From Candidatus Woesearchaeota archaeon (GTDB lineage: Archaea > Nanobdellota > Nanobdellia > SCGC-AAA011-G17 > GW2011-AR17): 43,211 bases of DNA. The notes below the pieces were generated by a model, which saw only the letters and a program-made list of their open reading frames with translations, was not told where the DNA came from and made no database searches. A program made the translations under genes and the position numbers. Location: NCBI GenBank assembly GCA_964343245.1, contig CAYFIU010000001.1, positions 1 through 43,211 on the forward strand, in the 5' to 3' direction. The first letter of the stretch is position 1; each line of letters starts with the position of its first letter. Below are positions 9,505 to 16,675 of this stretch, piece by piece.

Positions 9505-10131
9505 CTAACTATTTAAACCTTTTTCTTTCAGAATTTTAAGAATGTCTTCAAAGATGGGTTCAGGCTTTCTATCCCCATCAACTTGAATAAGTTTACCCTG
9601 TTTTTTGTAGTAATCAAGAACAGGACTTGTCTGTTCATTGTAAACATCAAGCCTTCCTCTAATTGTTTCTTCATTATCTTCATCTCTTTGATAGATTTCA
9701 CCACCACACTCATTACACACACCTTCAACTTTTGGAGGGATATTAATTCCATGAATTGCACCACAAACTTTACAGATCTTTCTAAGTGTAACTCTTTTTA
9801 TCACAAGCTCATCAGGACAATGAACATCAATAACAAGATCAATGTTAGTAATTCCATCTAACTGTTTAGCTTGCTCTACATTACGAGGAAACCCATCTAA
9901 GATAAAACTTTCAGGCAAGTTGTGCTTAAGAATCTCAATAGTGGTTTCATCAGGAACAAGAACTCCTTTTGCCATGTACTCTTGTAACTTCTTCCCTAAC
10001 TCAGTACCTTTTGCAACCTCGGCTCTAAACAAATCACCAGTAGAAATATGTTTTACATCAAACTCTTTAATTAACTTCTTTGCTTGTGTACCTTTGCCTG
10101 CAACAGGCTTTCCAAAAAGAATAAGTTTCAT
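9505..10131 (-). CDS. adk: Adenylate kinase, long bacterial-type with zinc lid
   Basis: P-loop GKPVAGKGTQ, GDLFR, GFPRN, and lid CKVCG...CNECGG. 208 aa. TATA ggttataaaaag is centred 27 nt upstream. Confidence 0.9.
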   Translation of the reverse strand: MKLILFGKPVAGKGTQAKKLIKEFDVKHISTGDLFRAEVAKGTELGKKLQEYMAKGVLVPDETTIEILKHNLPESFILDGFPRNVEQAKQLDGITNIDLVIDVHCPDELVIKRVTLRKICKVCGAIHGINIPPKVEGVCNECGGEIYQRDEDNEETIRGRLDVYNEQTSPVLDYYKKQGKLIQVDGDRKPEPIFEDILKILKEKGLNS

Positions 10132-10231
10132 AATTCATTTCAATTCTAATGGTTATAAAAAGATTTCTATTTTGCTTTATACAATTAATTATAAACTCAA
10201 CCAATGTAGACTCTTTAGAGGTGTTAAAATA

Positions 10232-10876
10232 ATGGATCATTTTCTTGAAATTGCGCAACCCCATACTCTGCACGTTGTTACTGGTGCAATGAAGGGTGGT
10301 AAAACATTAGAATTTATTCATAGATTGCATCAAGCAGAATTTAGGAGGATACCTGTACAGGCATTTCGGCCCAATAGTGATGATCGGCCAGAAATAAATG
10401 GGCCTGGTTCAATAGGATCAAGAGGGTTAGGTGTTCCTGTAGAATATCCTGCTATTCTTGTGCCTGATAATGATCCTTACATGATTTTTGATGGGTTGAC
10501 AATTGAACCCTTTGGCATAGTGGGGATTGAAGAAGTACACCTTTTTGATAATTTAACTGGTTTGGTAGAAGTAGTTCTCGAATTAAGAGATAGAGGTTTT
10601 GCAGTTTTGGCTTGTGGTTTAGATCGAAATTATAGGGGTGAACCTTATGATCCTCTTCCAGAACTAATGGCTTATGCAACAACCGTTTCAAAACACTTTG
10701 GCTCTTGCACCCATCCTGAGGGGCCTGAAGATGTTTGTGGTAGGAAAGCAGAATTTACACAAAGATTTGATGATGGTGAACCTGCCCATTATGGGGGAGC
10801 AACTAAGGTCGTGGGCGATCAGCAATATGTGCCTCGTTGCTTCCGACACCATATTGTACCTGGAAAACCAAGATGA
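10232..10876 (+). CDS. tdk: Thymidine kinase (TK1-type), divergent
   Basis: 214 aa from ATG 10232. Motifs: 'VVTGAMKGGKTLEFI' P-loop; 'IVGIEEVHLFD' (TK1 IGIDEAQFF); 'VLACGLDRNYRGEPY' (TK1 AGLD.DF.G.PF); a C-terminal Cys/His cluster. An SD-like GAGGTG lies 9 nt upstream. Confidence 0.7.
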   Translation: MDHFLEIAQPHTLHVVTGAMKGGKTLEFIHRLHQAEFRRIPVQAFRPNSDDRPEINGPGSIGSRGLGVPVEYPAILVPDNDPYMIFDGLTIEPFGIVGIEEVHLFDNLTGLVEVVLELRDRGFAVLACGLDRNYRGEPYDPLPELMAYATTVSKHFGSCTHPEGPEDVCGRKAEFTQRFDDGEPAHYGGATKVVGDQQYVPRCFRHHIVPGKPR

Positions 10877-11472
10877 AAATAGCAATAATCGGAACACATG
10901 GAACTTTCAAAACAACATTAGCATACTTTTTAGCAGGTGTTCTAAAAGCAAAAGGAAGAACAGTTGGAGTTGTAAGCGAAGTTGCAAGAACTTGTCCATT
11001 TGTTAAAGAAGGAAGAGGAAACATTGTTGCACAAAACTGGATACTCTTAAGCCAAGCACAAGAAGAAAGAGAACTAACAGACCTTTATGAATGTGTAATC
11101 TGTGACAGGAGTTTAATTGACAACTATGTATATGCAAAAGATGCATACAAAAAAGAAAAACAAGATGTCCCCCAATGGATTGAACCTTTTGTGCTACATC
11201 ATGCAAAATCTTACAACATCATCTTCAAAACTCCTTTCTCTTCACTAGGCCTTGTTAACGATGGCATGCGTTCAATAGATCCTGACTGGCAAAAAGAAAT
11301 AGACTTAGAACTAACAAGATATCTAAAAGAAAAAGGGGTTAAGTGCATAGAAATTCCTGAATCTTCAGCAGCAGACCATGAAAACATAATAGATTACTCA
11401 ACAAGACAAGCAAGATTCATGGCAAACAAAATTCTAGACATGGATGTACAAACAAAACTAAAAAGAATCTAA
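10873..11472 (+). CDS. Small P-loop ATPase/kinase-like protein with deviant Walker A
   Basis: 200 aa. The ATG overlaps the tdk stop (ATGA). 'IAIIGTHGTFKTTLA' has F where the canonical second Gly of GxxxxGK[ST] sits. 'VICDRS' is Walker-B-like. Confidence 0.55.
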   Translation: MKIAIIGTHGTFKTTLAYFLAGVLKAKGRTVGVVSEVARTCPFVKEGRGNIVAQNWILLSQAQEERELTDLYECVICDRSLIDNYVYAKDAYKKEKQDVPQWIEPFVLHHAKSYNIIFKTPFSSLGLVNDGMRSIDPDWQKEIDLELTRYLKEKGVKCIEIPESSAADHENIIDYSTRQARFMANKILDMDVQTKLKRI

Positions 11473-12317
11473 GCAGTACAGATAATAGTTTTTATTTTCT
11501 TCCTATTAGGATACTTTCCTTTAAACACGCCCGTCCTATACTTTGAACCTTTCTTAATCTTAACCCTTTTCAAAGTAACTAACTCTTCTGCATAATAAGG
11601 CAACAAATCTAACTCCTTAAACAATTCTGACAAAGGACTCCAGATCCATTTTTGCTCTTTCCAAAACAGTGTATCTAAGTCTCTTAAAACTAACAGAATT
11701 GAAATCAAAGCAACTGATAACAAAACAATTATAGTGATTGCAGGCCAAGTATTTGCATTAATGAAGAACAAACAGAATAGTATAATAACTCCAAGCACAA
11801 GAATAGTTCCCCACTCAAAAGTTGAAATCCTATCATTAACAAGATATGTCATTTTTTGATTGTTTTTGTTGGTATCTTCAAGAATCTCCAAAAGTTCTCC
11901 ATAAATCACTTTTTGCTTTTGTGTCTTTGGATTCAAATCCCTAATATATTTGAACAACTTCAAAAACTTTGGTTCAGATTTTTGGAACTCTGATAGATCA
12001 TAATCAATTGTACTTGTTAACCAATTATCAATTAACTTTTTAGCTTTCTCACCTACATCTTTACCAAACACTTTCGACAATTCATAGATATTTATAAGAG
12101 CTCCATCGTCTCCTCTTAAAATTGTTCTAATCTCTTTCAACCTACCTTGCCTATCAGAAATAGAAAAAGCTACAAAAATACCAAATAGGAAAGATGAAAC
12201 AGATAACAAAGCAAGAATCAAATCATCAAGCCCTTCTCCAGGGATAAATATTGCCATTAAAGTAAAAAGAACAAACCCAATAATAATTCCTTCATGAATA
12301 TCCAACCTCTTCTTCAT
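11469..12317 (-). CDS. Integral membrane protein (2+2 TM helices around a soluble helical insert)
   Basis: 282 aa. Hydrophobic helices lie at both ends of a charged central region. TATA gaatatataaaag is centred 27 nt upstream. Confidence 0.55.
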   Translation of the reverse strand: MKKRLDIHEGIIIGFVLFTLMAIFIPGEGLDDLILALLSVSSFLFGIFVAFSISDRQGRLKEIRTILRGDDGALINIYELSKVFGKDVGEKAKKLIDNWLTSTIDYDLSEFQKSEPKFLKLFKYIRDLNPKTQKQKVIYGELLEILEDTNKNNQKMTYLVNDRISTFEWGTILVLGVIILFCLFFINANTWPAITIIVLLSVALISILLVLRDLDTLFWKEQKWIWSPLSELFKELDLLPYYAEELVTLKRVKIKKGSKYRTGVFKGKYPNRKKIKTIICTA

Positions 12318-12400
12318 AATCTAAAACATGCTCTAGAGAATATATAAAAGTTTCTACACAAAAAGAAAGTAATTTAAACAATCCTACCTTGTACTCTAAC

Positions 12401-12913
12401 ATGGACGAGGTGATTTTAACTTTAAAACCCAGTGCATTCAACGCACTAGTACCAATTTTTCTAAAGAGATTATTCTACTCAATCTTAATCTCTGTTGTGC
12501 TTCTACTAATATACTTGGTTTTAAACTGGTTGGGCATTTTTGATTATACTCTTACAATAGTGATAATACTATTGCTTTCTTTATCATTCATATTTTCTTT
12601 AATTTCTCTTGTTTGGAGATTCATTGTTTTATACAATACAAACTACTACTTTACAAAAGCAGGAATCACGCATGAGTTTGAGTTGTTCAAAATAAAAAGA
12701 ACTTCTGTTGCATATCACCAAATAGTAAACTTCACTGTTGACATTTCATTGTGGGACAGACTTTCAAAAGCAGGAGACATCCATATCCACACTTCAGAGG
12801 GGACTCCAGACATAACTCTTCAGTTCATAAAATTGCCTCACGAAGTTGAAACAAAGATTCATCAGATAATGGATGCTTGCATTGCAAACGACCAAACCTT
12901 CAAAAAGTTTTAA
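12401..12913 (+). CDS. Membrane protein with bacterial-type PH domain (YdbS/YdbT-like)
   Basis: The track ORF starts at TTG 12389. ATG 12401 is placed 27 nt from TATA taatttaaaca. Two TM helices are followed by 'YYFTKAGITHEF.LFKIKRTSVAYHQIVNFTVDISLWDRL.KAGDIHIHT'. Confidence 0.55.
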   Translation: MDEVILTLKPSAFNALVPIFLKRLFYSILISVVLLLIYLVLNWLGIFDYTLTIVIILLLSLSFIFSLISLVWRFIVLYNTNYYFTKAGITHEFELFKIKRTSVAYHQIVNFTVDISLWDRLSKAGDIHIHTSEGTPDITLQFIKLPHEVETKIHQIMDACIANDQTFKKF

Positions 12914-13107
12914 GCCAAAGAAACATTCTTATTAACATTCCTTTTAGCTTCCAACTTATTTAACACTTTACTAAATACAAAGATTGCTAAAACAATCAGA
13001 GTCATCACAAAAAAGAATCCCCAGTTTAGAGAAACTCCTCCTTCAAACAAGGGACTTAACAAAGGTTCAACATACACACCATAAATCTGTGTTTGATAAG
13101 TAGAAAA

Positions 13108-13181
13108 AGCCTCGGCCGTGATTTGAACACGGGACCTCTTGCTTACCAAGCAAGTGCTATACCAGGCTAAGCCACCGAGGC
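13108..13181 (-). tRNA. tRNA-Thr (anticodon GGU)
   Basis: Minus-strand sequence: GCCTCGG-TG-GCTT-AGCCTGGTAT-AGC-A-CTTGC-TTGGTAA-GCAAG-AGGTC-CCGTG-TTCAAAT-CACGG-CCGAGGC-T. It folds as a full cloverleaf with U33 and A37. CCA is not encoded. Confidence 0.9.
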
Positions 13182-13206
13182 ATTAAAGATCTGTGAATTT
13201 TTGAGA

Positions 13207-13217
13207 TTTATATATTT
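13207..13217 (-). promoter_or_regulatory. TATA box for tRNA-Thr
   Basis: tttatatattt is centred about 31 nt upstream of the tRNA 5' end. Confidence 0.5.
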
Positions 13218-13264
13218 AACCCTTAGTTAAACTTATAAGTAATGAGTAAAAGCCCCTAAAAGTT

Positions 13265-13915
13265 ATGATTGTTGGCTATGATGATTCAAATAATGGAACA
13301 AGAAAGGGCATTGATAGGGTTCTTGTAGCATTGGCAACAACAGATCCTGCAGATGCTATTAGGCATGCTAAAAAATGGAGCTGGTTTGGTAGAAGGGGTA
13401 GAAGGCAAAAAAGAAAAAGTGATTATTTCCCAAAACCACAAATATTAGACCCTGAAAATACATTAAGGGCGTTTGAAAACAGATTTGTTTTTTCTTTAGT
13501 ACCAAATAATATTACTGCAGAGCCTTGGTTAGCAAATTTTACAGACCAAGAAAGACTTTGTATTTGCCTAAGTGAGTTTGTTGCACATTATACTGCCAAT
13601 GGTCATTTAGAGAGATTTATTATTGATGGAAGTCCTAGAGGCTTGTATCCACTTGTCCATGCTTGTTTAAGAGAGGTTTATGGTATAAGAGTAGGAAAAG
13701 ATATAATTTTAGCAGAGAAAGATGCAGATGGAGCTTACAAAGTTGTGAACGATGCTGCCCATGTTGCAAAAGCTTTACATTATTTACAAAGGGGGATGGA
13801 TTATCTTAAACCTGGGTCAAATTCAATTAAAGATTCTCACTTGGCAAGGTGTCTTATAGAACCTCAGCCAGAAAGGTATAGAGATTTAGTACACAGCTTG
13901 AGAAAAGGTCGATAA
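13265..13915 (+). CDS. Divergent RNase HII-like protein
   Basis: 216 aa. Alignment by eye to archaeal RNase HII landmarks: 'IVGYDDSNNG' vs IAGIDEAGRG; 'FIIDGSP' central Asp strand; 'EKDADGAYKVVNDAAHVAKAL' vs KADDIFPVVSAASILAKV. The DSK motif is not seen. TATA cttataag is centred about 28 nt upstream. Confidence 0.45.
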   Translation: MIVGYDDSNNGTRKGIDRVLVALATTDPADAIRHAKKWSWFGRRGRRQKRKSDYFPKPQILDPENTLRAFENRFVFSLVPNNITAEPWLANFTDQERLCICLSEFVAHYTANGHLERFIIDGSPRGLYPLVHACLREVYGIRVGKDIILAEKDADGAYKVVNDAAHVAKALHYLQRGMDYLKPGSNSIKDSHLARCLIEPQPERYRDLVHSLRKGR

Positions 13916-13921
13916 ATATAA

Positions 13922-14173
13922 TGCGGGGGAAGGGATTTGAACCTTCTCGTGAACTTGGGCGAACCCAAAAATCAACTCGAACTCACTAAGAGACAGGATC
14001 TCTTACAAACCTCTGTTTGCATGTCTCACAAATGAGGTTCTGGTCTTAAGTTTCGCAGATTTACAAAACTTGTAAATCCCCTGCGCATATAGCCTGAGGC
14101 AGATTACTCTAACCTCATTTGACCAGACTTTGCTCTGAAGAGTAAAAACCCTAAAGTCTAAACTAACCCCCGC
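13922..14173 (-). tRNA. tRNA-like gene with about 175 nt of internal inserts (candidate multi-intron tRNA; tentative anticodon CCU/Arg)
   Basis: 5' GCGGGGG (14173-14167) pairs perfectly with CCCCCGC (13929-13923) and is followed by discriminator A. The T-arm GAAGG-TTCAAAT-CCCTT lies directly before it. There is an internal 5-bp/7-nt anticodon-like hairpin AAGAG-ATCCTGT-CTCTT (14004-13988) and a D-loop-like TGGTCAAA. TATA cttataaag (14209-14217) lies upstream. Confidence 0.5.
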
Positions 14174-14225
14174 ATGGGATCTGGTCTATAATCTAGAAAA
14201 AATTTGGTCTTATAAAGCTTTTCAT

Positions 14226-14893
14226 TTAAGCCTTAAGTGAAGAGTTTAATATTTCAACACATTTTTCAAGCTCTTTTATTTTATTTAAATTATACCTAAA
14301 ACCAATTATTCTTGCAAAATTGATAATATTCTTTTTGTTTCTTTGAATAGAAAAGTATATATCCCATGTATTTTGATCTTTTTTCCTCTTGGGAGATGAC
14401 AAAACACTACATTCAATTCCAAAGGATTCAATCATAGTTTTGATTTGATCAAGAAAATATCTATGGTTATCTAATAGGTTCTCTTCTTTTGACATTTTGA
14501 ATTGTGGTTTGTTAGCATAAGACTTGTTCTCGATTTTTATTGTTGATAACTCATCCTCTAGAATCCCTTGTAAAAAATAAATTTTGGTTAGTTTAGAACC
14601 ATTAACAATCCATCCGAGGACTGCAAAAGAACATTTGGTTTTTTTGCCTTTGGGTGCTCCAAGTTAATTTAATTTTTTCCAAGTGTTGTTGATAGGTTCA
14701 TATAATAACTGCAAGCATACCCCCATTTTTGATAGATTTTGAAATTAGATTGGATTTTATTCTTATAGTCTGTCTTTATTTTTGTCAGATCTTCCAATTG
14801 TCCTACTAATTTAACAGTATTATTACTATCTATGTGTCCATCACCCATGATTTTCCCAACAAAATAAGTTAGTTCTTGCTTACTTAATTTCAT
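14226..14893 (-). pseudogene. Double-motif LAGLIDADG homing endonuclease gene interrupted by a 20-nt insertion (stop + frame change)
   Basis: The N-terminal half (14669..14893) carries 'LTYFVGKIMGDGHID'. The C-terminal half is in another frame and carries 'KIYFLQGILEDELS' and 'NIINFARIIGF'. The break lies between two copies of tccaag (14658-14663 and 14678-14683). Removing one copy plus the 14-nt spacer restores ...STTLGAPKGKK... Confidence 0.7.
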
Positions 14894-14915
14894 ATCATAA
14901 CACAAGAAAAATACC

Positions 14916-14923
14916 CTTATAAG
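14916..14923 (-). promoter_or_regulatory. TATA box for the LAGLIDADG gene
   Basis: cttataag is centred 27 nt upstream of ATG (complement 14891-14893). This argues that Met19 of the track ORF is the real start. Confidence 0.5.
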
Positions 14924-15015
14924 CTCTGCGCGTAAACGCCCTGTCACTCACTATATACTAGAGTATACACTTTCGCTTAACAATCTTTAAATACTTCTCC
15001 AACCATACTATAACC

Positions 15016-15330
15016 ATGCAAATCGACAATACACACCTTCTAAAACTTAGCAGAGATCTAGACGCACTAAAAGGAGCAAACAGGGAAACTCAAGAAAGTC
15101 GAGCTTACAACCTTATTGACTCTTTAGACCCTCACTTTGTAAAAATGCAACCAAAGGCAAAAGAAATACATAACTTAGCTGAAGAATACATGAAAAAGTT
15201 CCAAGCACTAAAATCTGCTCTCTCACAAAAGAACTTTGATCATGCACAACAAGACCTTGTAAAACTTGCATCAATAAATGAAAGCTTAAAAACAAAACTA
15301 AGCAACCAACTAAAAAGCTTCGAAAAGTGA
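15016..15330 (+). CDS. Small coiled-coil protein, unknown function
   Basis: 104 aa, heptad-like K/E/L-rich sequence. TATA ctttaaata is centred exactly 27 nt upstream. Confidence 0.5.
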   Translation: MQIDNTHLLKLSRDLDALKGANRETQESRAYNLIDSLDPHFVKMQPKAKEIHNLAEEYMKKFQALKSALSQKNFDHAQQDLVKLASINESLKTKLSNQLKSFEK

Positions 15331-15401
15331 CTCTCACTCAGAGACAAAAACTGCACTAAACTTGCGTAAACATTATAAATACTCTCTACAAATTCTAGAT
15401 T

Positions 15402-16079
15402 ATGCAACTAATAGTGTATGGCCCAGCATGGTTTTATGGATATGAATCAATTTTTGCATTCGTATTCGCATTTGTAACATTACTAATCTGTTTACTAAGC
15501 TTTAGAGCGTATGGCCTTACAAATGATAGAAAATATAAATACTTTAGTTTAGCATTTTTACTAATTAGTGCTGCAAACTTTATAATTTGGTTATTCACCA
15601 CAATATTGCATTTACACCTAGCTCCATCTTTGGACGCAATACTCTCTCAATTTGATTTTGCTTTCTTATTATACATCTTGTTAAGCATTTTAGCATACAT
15701 GACTTTACTAATCATTGTACTAAAGATTAAAACCAAAAAAATAATCTTACTTTTACTTTCACTATCATTATTGTTTGTACTGTTTTCTAGAGAAAACTTT
15801 TTGAAATTTCACATTACAGCATTTTTACTATTATTTTTCTTATCATACCAGTTTTATACTAACTACTTAGACACAGGGAAGGATAATGCCAAATCTGTTT
15901 TTGTTTGCTTTTACTTGCTAACTTGTGCAGAAATCTTTTTTGGACTATCTATGCTTGCACATGAATGGTTTTATGTTGCAGCAAACTTTATTCAATTAAT
16001 TGGGTATTTTGTACTATTTTATGTATTTTTGAGGATTGTCAATCATGGGAGAAAGAAGAGAAAAACTAGAAATTATTAA
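15402..16079 (+). CDS. Polytopic membrane protein (about 7 TM), unknown function
   Basis: 225 aa, almost entirely hydrophobic helices with a basic C-terminal tail. TATA cattataaata lies 27 nt upstream. Confidence 0.6.
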   Translation: MQLIVYGPAWFYGYESIFAFVFAFVTLLICLLSFRAYGLTNDRKYKYFSLAFLLISAANFIIWLFTTILHLHLAPSLDAILSQFDFAFLLYILLSILAYMTLLIIVLKIKTKKIILLLLSLSLLFVLFSRENFLKFHITAFLLLFFLSYQFYTNYLDTGKDNAKSVFVCFYLLTCAEIFFGLSMLAHEWFYVAANFIQLIGYFVLFYVFLRIVNHGRKKRKTRNY

Positions 16080-16317
16080 GGATATCCTTGATGCTATCAG
16101 AGCAAAGGGAGGGGAGATTAAGCCGACCCACTTACTTTACAAGTCAAATTTGTCCCATGATTCTATGAAAAGGTATGTAGCAGAGCTAGTTGAAAAAGAA
16201 ATGATGGAAGAACTTCAAGAAAAGAGAAGCAAAAAGTATACGATCACAAACAAGGGTTTAAAATTTTTAACATCTTACCAACAAATCAGAGAATTCACTG
16301 ACAGTTTTGGTTTCTAA
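16045..16317 (+). CDS. Winged-helix DNA-binding protein (COG3432-like small archaeal regulator)
   Basis: 'REKLEIIKDILDAIRAKGGEIKPTHLLYKSNLSHDSMKRYVAELVEKEMMEE...YTITNKGLKFL'. ATG 16045 (the track start 16036 is TTG). It overlaps the end of the membrane protein gene. Confidence 0.6.
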   Translation: MGERREKLEIIKDILDAIRAKGGEIKPTHLLYKSNLSHDSMKRYVAELVEKEMMEELQEKRSKKYTITNKGLKFLTSYQQIREFTDSFGF

Positions 16318-16586
16318 GCAATTTTTCTTGCTTCTGTTGATTCCCATTGAGGATAAGCAGCTGTTATCATTCTTGCATACCCATCAAGCCTTAACCTAAA
16401 GCAAGTCTCAGCAACAGAATACACAAAGGGTTCTGGTAAAACTCTACAGGCAAAAAGATCTTCTTTCACTGCACAGAATCCTCGCATCATTCTCCTTGCT
16501 TTCATTAAATCACCTTTAGCAACCTCAACAATCTCTTCATGTTGAGCTATGATGTGTGGTAAATAGTGATTTATTCTAATTGGCAT
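16314..16586 (-). CDS. Hypothetical protein
   Basis: 90 aa. A correctly spaced TATA (agtttatatttc) lies upstream. No motif recognised. Confidence 0.45.
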   Translation of the reverse strand: MPIRINHYLPHIIAQHEEIVEVAKGDLMKARRMMRGFCAVKEDLFACRVLPEPFVYSVAETCFRLRLDGYARMITAAYPQWESTEARKIA

Positions 16587-16675
16587 GATAAAAAGAACTA
16601 GTTACTAGTTTATATTTCTTCTGAATTAAAAATATTAAAGAAACTTTTAAAAACTCCCTTGCCTAGAAAAGCTAT

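Noticed and set aside
9842-10231. N-terminal 130 codons of the 344-aa track ORF 9842..10876.
   Set aside because: This part is simply the open antisense frame of adk (9505..10131). The thymidine-kinase homology, an SD-like GAGGTG and an ATG all begin at 10232.
12910-13149. 79-aa ORF on the minus strand.
   Set aside because: Its first third or so overlaps tRNA-Thr (13108-13181) on the same strand, so the annotated start cannot be real. At most a short TM peptide downstream of the tRNA could exist, and I cannot support it.
14044-14050. CUUAAGA read as a tRNA-Leu(UAA) anticodon loop, together with a Leu-like 5' end (GCGGGGGTT...TGGTCAAA).
   Set aside because: The flanking 5 nt on each side (CGAAA / CCAGA) cannot form an anticodon stem, and no complementary 3' strand is found downstream. 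The intact AAGAG/CUCUU hairpin with CCU fits better. The isotype remains uncertain.
13922-14173. Alternative identities for the 252-nt structured RNA: RNase P RNA (GAGCAAAGTCTGG resembles the CR-I 'GAGGAAAGUCCGG' and can pair with GACCAGA 80 nt downstream), tmRNA, or SRP RNA.
   Set aside because: The canonical T-loop GGTTCAAATCC sits exactly 5+7+1 nt from the 3' end and the 7-bp terminal helix is tRNA geometry. I could not find the other RNase P conserved regions (the ACAGAA-P4 3' strand order is wrong). I found no SRP helix-8 motifs. tmRNA is bacterial and needs G3:U70. RNase P is kept only as a low-probability alternative, to be excluded with Rfam.
13182-14990. Possible integrated mobile element at tRNA-Thr (an accessory-looking block next to a tRNA).
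   Set aside because: There is no integrase or recombinase. I could not find a direct repeat of the tRNA 3' end. The block also lies on the 5' side of the tRNA, not the usual 3' attachment side.
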